A DNA stretch of 64,000 nt from Myxococcales bacterium (GTDB lineage: Bacteria > Myxococcota_A > UBA9042 > JABWCM01 > BTVJ01), in the NCBI GenBank assembly GCA_045863395.1, contig BTVJ01000032.1:1-64000 (forward strand), given 5' to 3'. Shown in pieces: positions 37,452 through 46,788 of this stretch (positions are counted from its first letter, which is position 1; each line of letters starts with the position of its first letter). Both the position numbers and the translations under genes were made by a program. A model generated the notes under the pieces. That model was not told where the DNA came from. It made no database searches and was given only the letters and a program-made list of their open reading frames with translations.

Positions 37452-38662
37452 GCTTGACAGGGCCCCGTGCCCCCGAGGGGGGAGCCGCGCAGCTCGACGG
37501 CCCGGACGCGACCGGCGGGCTGCGCGAGCGCCTCGGGTGGGTGCGCCTCGGTTCGGAGGCCGAGGTCCGCGACCTGCTCACGTCACACCCGGCCTGGGAG
37601 GCGCTGGCGCCCATCCGGCAGAGCGCCACGGACGCCCGGGGGGCCATCGCCGACCAGGGCTTCGAGGTGGATCCCGGCGCGCTGGGCCTCACCCCCATCC
37701 TTGCCGAGGCCCGAGAGCGGTGGGGGCTCGCGCTGGACCTGCGCCTCTTGATGGTGCCGCGGCCGGAGTACAACGCCTTCGTGCTGGCAAACCCCTTCGA
37801 CGGAGAGGTCGTGCTCGGGGCGTCGTGCTCGCTGGTGGAGGACTTCGAGCCCCGGGAGCTGGCCTTCGTCATCGGGCACGAGCTCGGCCACCACGCCCTC
37901 GGGCACACGGCCATCGCCGGCCGCCGCCGGCAGCTCGCGGATCACGTGGCGCCCCACCACCCGCTGCGGCTCCTGGACGCGTCACTGGGGCGGCGGCAGG
38001 AGATCAGCGCGGACCGGGCAGGCCTCGTGGTCTGCGGCTCGGCCGCCGCTGCGCGCACCGCGCTGCTCAAGGCCGCGACCCAGACGCCAAACCGCCGCCT
38101 CGCGGCCGCCGTGCTCGCGGGCGGGCCCGACTGGGCCTTCGTGGACCCGGAGCTGGATGGGTTCGCCCCCTGGGCTCAGTCCCACCCGCCAGCGCGGGTG
38201 CGCGTCCGCGCCCTGGAGGGCTTCGCGCGGGACGCTGACGGCCACTCCCTCGCCGACCTGGACGCCCGCTGCGACGGGTGGCTCGATGCGCTGGAGGCCG
38301 ACGCCCTCAAACGGGATCGGGCCACCGTGGAGCGATTCGCCGCGGCGGTCGGGGCCGTCGTCGGGGCGACCGCAGGCGTGGCGGAGATTCCGGCGCTCTT
38401 CGCGGCCCATGCAGGCCCCTGGCTGGGCCAGGCAGGCGACCTGGAGGACGCCTGCGCCACCCTCCGCGAGCTGGCGAGCCCGGGGCGCCGCCTGCGCGTG
38501 CTCGCGGCGGCCATCAGCGTGCTGTCCGCGGACCTGCGCCTCGGGGCCGAGGCGGGCGCCCGGACCCGCGCGCTGGCGACGCGCCTGGGGCTGCCACCGG
38601 AGGCAGCGGACCGGCGCCTCGCCGCGGCCCGGGAGTCTTTGGCCCTGCGAGGGACGGAGTGA
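37448..38662 (+). CDS. M48 (HtpX/Ste24-like) zinc metallopeptidase
   Basis: YNAF, ELAFVIGHELGH, QEISADRAG, SHP..RV. Confidence 0.85.
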   Translation: MSLTGPRAPEGGAAQLDGPDATGGLRERLGWVRLGSEAEVRDLLTSHPAWEALAPIRQSATDARGAIADQGFEVDPGALGLTPILAEARERWGLALDLRLLMVPRPEYNAFVLANPFDGEVVLGASCSLVEDFEPRELAFVIGHELGHHALGHTAIAGRRRQLADHVAPHHPLRLLDASLGRRQEISADRAGLVVCGSAAAARTALLKAATQTPNRRLAAAVLAGGPDWAFVDPELDGFAPWAQSHPPARVRVRALEGFARDADGHSLADLDARCDGWLDALEADALKRDRATVERFAAAVGAVVGATAGVAEIPALFAAHAGPWLGQAGDLEDACATLRELASPGRRLRVLAAAISVLSADLRLGAEAGARTRALATRLGLPPEAADRRLAAARESLALRGTE

Positions 38663-38751
38663 ACCGCGGAGGCACCCGAACGGCCCCGCAATCCAGGGAC
38701 TCTCAGACACCCGATGGACTCGTCATCGCACCACGACGCGGAGGAGCACCC

Positions 38752-41034
38752 ATGAGGCGCCGTACACGCCCGACCCCGACCGCAACCATCACACGCCGCG
38801 TGGCATGGTTCCGCCTGATGCGGCCCGGCGCCACGCTGGACGACGTGCCCGCCGCCATCGTGCGGGCGTTGCGTGAGCTGGGGGACGCGCACCCGCTGCG
38901 CCTCGCCGTCACGACCCTCACCGGGACAGACAGCCCGACGGTGGACACATGGGTGTCCATCACCTCCGACCAGGAGGCTGCCTCCGCTGCGCTGAGCACG
39001 CTGCAGGAGGCGCTGGGGTGGTTCTCTCTCGGGACGGCCGACTGCTCCGCCGCGCTCCACGAGCACCGGGAGCGCCTCCCGGAGCAGCTCGCCCTCGTGC
39101 CCCACCCCGCCGATGGGAGCCTGCTGCTACCACGAGGGCCCGCTGCGGTTCAGCCCCTGCCCGCGCTGCTGGCGCACCTGGCTCGGCAGGGCACGCCCAC
39201 CATGGTCCAGGTGGAGGCGAGCACCGTGGGCCGGGACGAGGCCCTCGCGGTCGTCCCGGCGCTGCGCACGGCCCGCGCCGTCGCCGACGCCCTGGCTCCG
39301 CACCGCCTGGACGTGGCCTCACCGCAGGACCTGCTCGCGCCCCCGATGGCCCTGCGCGGGGCCGACCCGGAGCGTCTCATCGCCGACGTGGTGGGAAACC
39401 TGTGGCGGGTCCGCGTCGCGGTGCGCTCCGCGCGTCCCCTGCCCGAGCGCGTCACCACGGCCATCCGCCTGGCCTTGGAGGAAGGCGGCGTGCGGCTCGC
39501 GCAGGAGGCGACTTCCCCTGCCACGGGCGCCGGCATCGTACACACCACGGTCCTGCCGGCGGTGTGGCAGGTCCCCGTCGTCACAGCCCCGTGCGGCCAC
39601 CTGCGCGTCGAGGACCTGCCGCGCCTGCCTGCCCCCGTCGGGGCGCTGGACAAGGGCTTCCTCCTCGGCGAGACCGACGACGGCCCGCGCACCCGGGAGC
39701 TGCGCCTGGACCCGGAGGTCCTCGGACGCCACGCCTACGTGGTGGGCAAGACGGGCACCGGCAAGACCACCCTGCTGGAGTCTCTGGTGGCCAGCGCCAT
39801 CGAGCGCGGCGACCAGGCGGTCATCGTCGTCGACCCCCATGGCGACATGACCGAGAAGCTCCTGCGTTGGCTCCCCCGGGAGCACGCGGACCGCGCCTTG
39901 GCCATCGACTTCGGTGACCCGGAGCGGCTGCCGTCCCTCAACCTCCTCGAGGCCCGCGACGAGCAGGAGCGCGAGTTCGCCATCGGCGAGCTGGACGCGC
40001 TCTTCCTCGACATGTACGGCCCGGAGATCTGGGGGCCGCGCCTCCAGGACACCTTCCGCAACCTGGCGTCGCTGCTGAGCATCGACCCGGAAGGTCCCGG
40101 CACCCTCGTCGACCTGCTGTGGGCGGCCAACCTGCGCCACGACCCCATCCGGCACCGCCTGGAGGCCATCGCCGAGTCGTCCGGCTCCATCTCACACCGG
40201 ATCTTCCTGGAGCAGATCCAGCAACGACAGTACGGCGACGGGTCCCTGCAGGAGCTGGTGGCCTACTACCGCTCCAAGTTCTCGCCCTTCGTGGACAACA
40301 AGACGCTGCGCCTCGTGCTCGGGCGCCCCAAGTCCACCCTGGACATCGCCCGGTTCATCCGCGAGCGCCGCGTCTGCCTGTTCAACCTCAACAAGGGCCG
40401 CATCTCGTCCCGCTACGCGAGCCTCATCGGGCGCATCCTGACCGCGCGCATCTTCCAGGCGGCCCTCGCAAACGGACGCCTCCCCCCGGCCGAGCGCCCA
40501 CCGGCCCTGCTCGTGCTGGACGAGTTCCAGAACCTCGTGTCCCCCACCGTCGAGGACATCCTGGCCGAGGCGCGCAAGTACCGCCTCAGCGTCGTCCTCG
40601 CCAACCAGCACCTGGCCCAGGTGCGCAGGAGCCGCACCGACGTGCGGGGAGACCGCTCGTCCATGCTGGACGCCATCTTGGGCAACGTAGGGACGCTCGT
40701 CGCGTTTCGGCTCTCCGGGCTCGACGCGACACAGCTCGCCGCGGAGCTGGGGGGCCACGTACCGGCCGAGACCCTCTCGTCGCTGCCGGCGTGGCACGCG
40801 GTCTGCCAGGTGAGCGAGAGCCATCGGTGCGTGCCCCCGTTCCTGGCGCGGACGCGCCCGATTGGCGCGTGTGGAGACCCGAGCGTCGCGCGATCTGTCA
40901 GAAGCCGCAGCCGGCGGACTCTCTGTACCCGGCTGGACGACGCGGAGCGGGCGATCCGCCAACGCGTGCTCAGCCGCATGGGCATCGTGGACGTGCCGGA
41001 CGACCCCGTCGGGCACCTGCTGGAGAGGCTGTGA
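38752..41034 (+). CDS. VirD4/TraD-HerA-like P-loop ATPase
   Basis: RHAYVVGKTGTGKT, VVDPHGD, LVLDEFQN, EARKYRLS..ANQ, AILGNVGT; GGAGGAG before ATG 38752 (alternative start GTG 38659). Confidence 0.85.
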   Translation: MRRRTRPTPTATITRRVAWFRLMRPGATLDDVPAAIVRALRELGDAHPLRLAVTTLTGTDSPTVDTWVSITSDQEAASAALSTLQEALGWFSLGTADCSAALHEHRERLPEQLALVPHPADGSLLLPRGPAAVQPLPALLAHLARQGTPTMVQVEASTVGRDEALAVVPALRTARAVADALAPHRLDVASPQDLLAPPMALRGADPERLIADVVGNLWRVRVAVRSARPLPERVTTAIRLALEEGGVRLAQEATSPATGAGIVHTTVLPAVWQVPVVTAPCGHLRVEDLPRLPAPVGALDKGFLLGETDDGPRTRELRLDPEVLGRHAYVVGKTGTGKTTLLESLVASAIERGDQAVIVVDPHGDMTEKLLRWLPREHADRALAIDFGDPERLPSLNLLEARDEQEREFAIGELDALFLDMYGPEIWGPRLQDTFRNLASLLSIDPEGPGTLVDLLWAANLRHDPIRHRLEAIAESSGSISHRIFLEQIQQRQYGDGSLQELVAYYRSKFSPFVDNKTLRLVLGRPKSTLDIARFIRERRVCLFNLNKGRISSRYASLIGRILTARIFQAALANGRLPPAERPPALLVLDEFQNLVSPTVEDILAEARKYRLSVVLANQHLAQVRRSRTDVRGDRSSMLDAILGNVGTLVAFRLSGLDATQLAAELGGHVPAETLSSLPAWHAVCQVSESHRCVPPFLARTRPIGACGDPSVARSVRSRSRRTLCTRLDDAERAIRQRVLSRMGIVDVPDDPVGHLLERL

Positions 41035-41849
41035 TGAGCAGCGAGCCAGTTGACCGGGCCAGGCGCCGGGCGCTCCCGCTCCTGCCCGCGGCGCTGTGCG
41101 CCATCGCCGACGGCGCGCCCACCGCCGCGCGCCGGGTGGCGTTGCTCCGGGCGATCCGCGCCATGGGAACGCCGTGGGAGGCGACGGCGCTCCTGCTCAC
41201 CATCCTCGAAGAGCGGGCGGTCCGCCCGGAGCACATCCGCTCCCTCTATGCCCTGCGGGCGCTCCTGGTCGAAGAGAGTGCCACGGAGGCCCGCACAGAG
41301 GAGGCGCTCGGCTACGCCGCCGATGTGGCGCTCGCGGGCGGGCCGGGCGTGGACCAGCTCGCGGTGCTGGCGGCGGCCACCAGCGCGCTGGATGGGGACT
41401 GGGAGGTGCTCTCCAGGCGCGGGATCCCTGGCCGCCCGACCTCCGAGGATACGCGCGCCACGATGCGGAGCATCCTCGCGCGGGAGGTGACGCCGCCCCA
41501 CGAGAACCCCATCGACCTGTTCCGCGGCGCCCTCCCCATCGCGGGCCTCCCGACCCCGGGCAGCGCGGACCCTGTGCGCTTCTACGACGGCCTGGCCGGG
41601 TCCATCTCTCTGGCTCCACAGGAGCGGATCGCCGTCGTGGAGAGGCTCGGGAGCCTCACCCAAGTCCAGATCGACGCCCTGGTCGGGATCTTCGAGGAGG
41701 AGCGCGTCAAGTTCCTGTCGCTGGACGAGACGCACTACCCCCAGCTCCGCAGGCTGGCCGTCGAGTTCGGGGTGCAGTGGATCGAGGTCTACGAGGGCCT
41801 CACGGGGCGGCACGTCGTCACGCCCCGGCGGCGCGCAGGCGACGCTTGA
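41034..41849 (+). CDS. Hypothetical protein coupled to the VirD4-like ATPase
   Basis: TGATG overlap; helical C-terminal domain LAGSISL..ER..V..L..L.Q.QID.L..IFEEER.KF. Confidence 0.75.
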   Translation: MSSEPVDRARRRALPLLPAALCAIADGAPTAARRVALLRAIRAMGTPWEATALLLTILEERAVRPEHIRSLYALRALLVEESATEARTEEALGYAADVALAGGPGVDQLAVLAAATSALDGDWEVLSRRGIPGRPTSEDTRATMRSILAREVTPPHENPIDLFRGALPIAGLPTPGSADPVRFYDGLAGSISLAPQERIAVVERLGSLTQVQIDALVGIFEEERVKFLSLDETHYPQLRRLAVEFGVQWIEVYEGLTGRHVVTPRRRAGDA

Positions 41850-41874
41850 CAAGAAACGACGCGAGCGCTGTGAT
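41846..41874 (+). promoter_or_regulatory. Putative sigma70-type promoter
   Basis: TTGACA-17 nt-TGTGAT, about 65 bp upstream of ATG 41939. Confidence 0.45.
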
Positions 41875-41938
41875 GCGCGGCGGTGGTCTGCCTCTTGACG
41901 CCGAAGGGAGACAACCGCCGGACGCAGAGGAGTCGGGG

Positions 41939-44020
41939 ATGGCGACAGACCGCGCAGACAAGGAAGAGGTCACGCAGGATATCCAAGACGAGGCGCAGCG
42001 CGCCGTCGCGGAGCGCCTCGTGGAGCTCAGCTCGCGGGGGACTGAGCTCCCCAAGAACCACGGGACGGTGATGAAGCTCGTCGTCACTCGGCTCCGCAGA
42101 GCGCTCAAGCAAAGCAAGGTGCAGGAGGACCGCTCGTCGATCAGTGCGTGGTGCCGCGCGGACACCTGCGCCACCGCGCTGCGCGTGCGCTACATGGAGG
42201 ATACGGGCACCGACCTCAGGGACGCTGCCAGACGACGGTACACCGGGCTCGGGTTCAGCCCGGAGGACGCGGAAGAGTGGGCGGGCCGCATTGAGATTCG
42301 GTACTATGAGTCGGGGCCCAGCACACAGTTGGGGGAGCACTCGACAGAGTCCGACGTCTCGTACGTGACGCTTGCGTGGCTGAAGACGGTCACCCTGAAC
42401 GACGCCCTCAACCGTCGGCGCAGGGGGTGGAGGGTCACGGCCTGGGACGACGCGGACTGCCCGGCCGATGAGGTCACCGCGGCCGGAGGCCCGCAGGGTG
42501 CCCCACCGCCGGCACCGGACAAGCTGGTGGAAGCCCGTAACATGCTGGACCGCATTGCAGACCTCGTTCCCACGCTCCAACGCCGCGTCGCGCTCGTCGC
42601 GTCCGACATGCTGGCCCACCCGGACGACGAGCCGGCCGAGAGGGCGCTGCGACTGAACCTGACACCAGGGAACATCCACACGCAGACCTATCGGTTCAGG
42701 CAGGCGCTGGCCGCGGCCGACCTCTGCCGGCGGTCCAGTACAGCAGCAGTGACACCCGAGGATCCGGACGACGGCCCCGGGGGAGCGGGGAGAGGAAGGA
42801 AGACCATGAGCGCGCGAGACACGGTCGGAAAGGACCGCGCAGCGAAGAGCCAGCGCACGGCTCCACGGACCCAGACACCAGGCGGAGCCACGGGACCAGG
42901 CCCGGCGGTCGACTCCGCCACGGGTCAGGCCCCGCTCCTCGCGGAGGCTGCCCGAGTGGTCGGGGACCTCGTGCTGAGCGGCCAGCGGGTCGACGCGGAG
43001 GCGCTGGCCTCGGAGGCGCGCGGCGCCCGGGGAGCCGTCGAGGCGGCGCTGGAGGCCACGGACGGCGCGCTGATCGACGAGGCCATGCCCGGGCTCGCGG
43101 AGACCGGCGCCTGGCTGGCCGCGCACCCGGACCCCGCCACGCTACCGAACGAGGTCGCTGAGGCTTCCCTCGCGGTCCTCGAACGGCGACACCATGTGGA
43201 GGCGCTGCTTCTGGGGGCCGAGCAGATCGTGGGACGCCGCGTCGCGAGCATGGACCTCGCGACGTCCCTGGAGGCCTTCGACACGGCGGGACGCGAGACC
43301 CTCTGGGCCTTCGTGCCCTTGAACAGTGCGCGACGCGCGCGCGCCGCGGCGCTCGACCCGGAGGCGCGCGAGAGGTGCTGGTGGTGGTCCGAGGGGGCAG
43401 ACCTCGCAGAGGACTCCGTGCTCGCGCTGCGCAAGGCAGCTCGACTCATCGCGGTGTTCCCGGCGGCGCAGGGGGAGCTGGACGCGCTGATCGCGGCGGC
43501 CCGCGAGACCCGCGCCGAGGCCATGCGGACCACGAAGGGACACTCCGCCAGGCGGATGGCGAGCCGCGGGAGCCCGGAGAGGAGCGCACCGGGCGACAAA
43601 CGTCTCAGGGTGGGAGACATGAGAGTGACCACCGCCGCGGGGGCGCCGGACAACGACGCCGAACGGCTGGGCGTCGTGTACTTCCTGCAGTTCCGCGCGG
43701 TGCCAGGGCACGACAATGAGCGCCTGGTCGCCCACGGCAGCGAGGAGGAGGTCGTTGTCAGACCGCTCGACGGAGTCACTCTCTCCGTGGACGACGACGC
43801 GCTGATCATCGACTATGAGATGTCCTGCGACCCCGACCCGAGCAGACCTCCGGTGCTGGAGCCGGAGCGAGGAGCGATCATCGTGGCGACAGAGCCGTTC
43901 ACTGGGCGCTTCGTGCTGCCATTCCAGTCCATGGACACGGCCAGCACGACCGCGATACTCCGCGTGCCCCGGCGCGACCAGCCGGACCTGGTCGTGCAGA
44001 TCCCCTGGGAGGTGCCATGA
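41939..44020 (+). CDS. ECF-sigma-like N-terminal domain fused to a ~400 aa C-terminal (anti-sigma-like?) region
   Basis: GAGGAG RBS; region-2-like AWLKTVTLNDALNRRRR; region-4 HTH-like PAERALRLNLTPGNIHTQTYRFRQAL; low-complexity linker with an in-frame ATG at 42806 behind AGAGGAAGGAAG. Confidence 0.55.
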   Translation: MATDRADKEEVTQDIQDEAQRAVAERLVELSSRGTELPKNHGTVMKLVVTRLRRALKQSKVQEDRSSISAWCRADTCATALRVRYMEDTGTDLRDAARRRYTGLGFSPEDAEEWAGRIEIRYYESGPSTQLGEHSTESDVSYVTLAWLKTVTLNDALNRRRRGWRVTAWDDADCPADEVTAAGGPQGAPPPAPDKLVEARNMLDRIADLVPTLQRRVALVASDMLAHPDDEPAERALRLNLTPGNIHTQTYRFRQALAAADLCRRSSTAAVTPEDPDDGPGGAGRGRKTMSARDTVGKDRAAKSQRTAPRTQTPGGATGPGPAVDSATGQAPLLAEAARVVGDLVLSGQRVDAEALASEARGARGAVEAALEATDGALIDEAMPGLAETGAWLAAHPDPATLPNEVAEASLAVLERRHHVEALLLGAEQIVGRRVASMDLATSLEAFDTAGRETLWAFVPLNSARRARAAALDPEARERCWWWSEGADLAEDSVLALRKAARLIAVFPAAQGELDALIAAARETRAEAMRTTKGHSARRMASRGSPERSAPGDKRLRVGDMRVTTAAGAPDNDAERLGVVYFLQFRAVPGHDNERLVAHGSEEEVVVRPLDGVTLSVDDDALIIDYEMSCDPDPSRPPVLEPERGAIIVATEPFTGRFVLPFQSMDTASTTAILRVPRRDQPDLVVQIPWEVP

Positions 44021-45747
44021 CCCTGCCGCTCGCAGCCAGGGCGCTGCTCGACCTGGGAGTCCCGCGGTCCGCGGCGGCGCTGCTCGCCTCGACCAGTGAC
44101 CGGGGGCACGAGATCGGCGCGCTCCGCTCTCAGGCTTACAAGCGGCGGATGAGGCGGCTTGCCGCGGGCTTCTATGGGGTCGTCGTGCATGCAGACGTGG
44201 GACTGGTCCTTCCGCTGCACGTCGAGCGAGGAGTGGCGCGGGGCGCCCGGGACGACGCAAGCCTCGCCGCCTCCCAGCGGCTGGCCAACCAGCACGCGCG
44301 AGCGCTCTTCTCGGATTCGTCACGGCTCCCATCACTCATCGTTCGCCTGCCCGAGGACCTCGGTATCCAGGGAAGCTCCCTCGGCCTCGCGTCCTTCCTC
44401 GCGTTCGTCGCGCGCCTGGCTGGCATCGAGCCACGGCAGCCCATCGCGGCGCTCGGCGACCTGTGCTCGGGGGACACAGTCGGCTCCGTGGGCAGAGACG
44501 GGCCCAAGCTCGCGGCCATATCGCGCGACCTCACCGGCCAGGATGGCCTCGTGCTCGTGACTCCGGAGGACTCCTCTGCGATCCCCCGTGACATCCGGAC
44601 CATCCAGATTGAGACCCTCGGCGACGCCTTGCGCGCGGTCTTCGGCCGGACGAAGTTCAGGGCGGCGTTCGAGGTCGTGTCGCTGGAGGACATGCTTCGG
44701 ACCTGTCGCAGAGAGACCGACTCGGAGCGGGTAGTGAAGCATCTGGGCGGGATCCGCACCGACACCCTCCCGGTCGCCGATCAAGCCGAGGTCTTGATGC
44801 TCCTCGGGACTCACATGCGACACTTGGGCCGGACGGACGAAGCCCGAAGCTGCCACGAGGAGGCCGCGACGCTCCTCGAGGAGGCGGAGCCCGCACTGGG
44901 CGCCGCTCACATCGAGGACCTGCGCATGGAGTGCCTGGCCACCGAGGTCGACCGCTTCGAGCTGGAGGATCTCGAGTCCCGGCTGCGGGCGCGCCTCGCC
45001 GAGCCCTTCGCGACGCTCCACAACCGGGTCCGGTGCGCGGGAATGCTCTCCCAGGTCGTCTCCATGCGCGGGCGCCCCGATGAGGCGCTGCGGATCCGAG
45101 AGCCAAACCTGGAGATTCAGACTCGGCACGCCGGCATGCGGGACGAGATCCCGTGGACGTTGTGTGCCCTGGTGCTGGAGGCCGCGAGGGCCAGGAAGAC
45201 CGAGGCGTTCCGCCGCTTCGGGGTGCGGCTCCTCGAGGAGACGAGCGCGGGCGACGCGCACCAGGAAGGCTTCAACACGGCGGCACTCTCCCGCGGCCTG
45301 GCGTTGCTGGACCCTGCCGCGCTGGTCGCATGGGCGGACGGCGGCGACCTCTGGTCCCACGCGGCACCCCTGCACCTCCAGGCTCTGGCCAGCGGGCACC
45401 CCGTCGATGGCAACCCGGGCCTCTCGACTGCGAGGGCGCTGGTCCGGGCGCTTCGGGTCAACGGGCAGCCGCACCGCGCGGTCGCTGTCGCCCGCTCCGT
45501 CGCCCTGCCCGCGCACCCGCTGGCGCGATGGGTGGGGGCGCTCGCGCTGATCGAGGGGGCGCTCGCAGCCGCAGAGTCAGGCACAGACCCACTTCCCCTG
45601 TGGACGGCGGGGCGCCGGACGCTGGAGTCAGCCCACCCCGCCGCCGCGCGATTCCACGCGGAGCTGGGGATGCTGGACGCGGCGCCGCCGGCGCGGGAGG
45701 CGGACGTCGCAGCGCTGGAGTCACACATCGACCACGTGTGGTACTGA
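44017..45747 (+). CDS. Lon/S16-type Ser-Lys protease domain + TPR-like helical domain (no AAA module)
   Basis: IQGSSLGLA..IAALGDL..VGSVG..PKLAA..VLVTPED aligns by eye with the Lon motifs DGPSAG..AMTGEI..IGG..EK. Ser (codon 44377) to Lys (codon 44506) is 43 residues, as in E. coli Lon S679/K722. ATGA overlap. Confidence 0.75.
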   Translation: MTLPLAARALLDLGVPRSAAALLASTSDRGHEIGALRSQAYKRRMRRLAAGFYGVVVHADVGLVLPLHVERGVARGARDDASLAASQRLANQHARALFSDSSRLPSLIVRLPEDLGIQGSSLGLASFLAFVARLAGIEPRQPIAALGDLCSGDTVGSVGRDGPKLAAISRDLTGQDGLVLVTPEDSSAIPRDIRTIQIETLGDALRAVFGRTKFRAAFEVVSLEDMLRTCRRETDSERVVKHLGGIRTDTLPVADQAEVLMLLGTHMRHLGRTDEARSCHEEAATLLEEAEPALGAAHIEDLRMECLATEVDRFELEDLESRLRARLAEPFATLHNRVRCAGMLSQVVSMRGRPDEALRIREPNLEIQTRHAGMRDEIPWTLCALVLEAARARKTEAFRRFGVRLLEETSAGDAHQEGFNTAALSRGLALLDPAALVAWADGGDLWSHAAPLHLQALASGHPVDGNPGLSTARALVRALRVNGQPHRAVAVARSVALPAHPLARWVGALALIEGALAAAESGTDPLPLWTAGRRTLESAHPAAARFHAELGMLDAAPPAREADVAALESHIDHVWY

Positions 45748-45763
45748 GGGGGAGAGGCTCACC

Positions 45764-46534
45764 ATGTCCACCGGAAGGACCATCATCATCGGAGACGTCC
45801 ACGGCTGCATCGACGAGCTGGAGGCGCTGCTCCGCCACGTGTGCCTGGAGCCCCGAGACCGCCTCGTGTTCGCCGGCGATCTCGTGGATCGTGGGCCAGC
45901 CTCGGTGGGAGTCGTCCGGAGGACCAGGGAGCTCCTGGCGCGGCACCCGGGGAGCGTCTGTGTGGCGGGAAACCACGAGACGAAGGCGCTGCGATGGCGG
46001 GATCGAGGCGCGCCGAGGGAGTGGGAGCAGCCCATGCGCGAAGACGACTGGACGTTCCTCGACTCCCTCCCGCTGGTCATGCGCCTGCCCGAGCACGGCG
46101 CCACCGTCGTGCATGGCGGAGTCTTCCCGGCGTTCTTTGAGCGGTACGGGCGCATCGGCGAGGTCCCTCCTGACTGGCGCACGAGCCGCGACAAGCGCTG
46201 CGACCGTCTCCGCCGCTTCGTCCTGGTCCGGCACGTGGACTTGCGGGGAGAGATGACGGCGCTGGGATCGGAAGGGCCCGACACGGTCCACTGGACGGCA
46301 CGCTACGACGGCCGGGAGGGCCACGTCTTCTTCGGCCACGACCCGCAGCTCGGCGGAGAGCCACTACAGACGCCGAGCGCGACGGGGCTCGACACCGCCT
46401 GCTGCTTCGGGGGCCGCCTGACCGCAGCGGTGCTGCACCCGGGGCAAACCGCGGCGGAGGCCGAGTTCGCGAGCGTCCCCGGCACCCGCTACGCCGAGCC
46501 GCGGTGCATGCTCGACGAGACCGGCGCGCTCTGA
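45764..46534 (+). CDS. Calcineurin-like metallophosphoesterase (PPP/ApaH-like)
   Basis: GDVHG, GDLVDRG, GNHE, VHGG, FGH, GLDTAC..GG.LTA. Confidence 0.92.
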   Translation: MSTGRTIIIGDVHGCIDELEALLRHVCLEPRDRLVFAGDLVDRGPASVGVVRRTRELLARHPGSVCVAGNHETKALRWRDRGAPREWEQPMREDDWTFLDSLPLVMRLPEHGATVVHGGVFPAFFERYGRIGEVPPDWRTSRDKRCDRLRRFVLVRHVDLRGEMTALGSEGPDTVHWTARYDGREGHVFFGHDPQLGGEPLQTPSATGLDTACCFGGRLTAAVLHPGQTAAEAEFASVPGTRYAEPRCMLDETGAL

Positions 46535-46599
46535 TCACGAGGGGGGCCCAAGGTGGGGCCCTCGTCAAGCGCGGGGACACCCCCCGCACGGAGGAAACC

Positions 46600-46788
46600 A
46601 TGGGAAGCCTGACCGCCTGTCCGCGCTGCGGACGCACACTGACCAAGTCACTTCTGGGAGGGGCCTTCTTCCCGGTCTCCAAGTGCCTCAAGTGCGGCAC
46701 GAAGTACTGCAAGGACTGCGGCGGCACGAAGTGCCCGAAGTGTGGGGCCTCCGACCGCATGGAGACCGACAAGGTCTACGCGCGCTGA
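46600..46788 (+). CDS. Small double zinc-ribbon protein
   Basis: GGAGG RBS; CPRC, CLKC, CKDC and CPKC in 62 aa. Confidence 0.75.
   Translation: MGSLTACPRCGRTLTKSLLGGAFFPVSKCLKCGTKYCKDCGGTKCPKCGASDRMETDKVYAR

Noticed and set aside
38752..41034. Conjugative element / T4SS
   Set aside because: No relaxase, VirB4, mating-pair genes, integrase or att repeats were seen.
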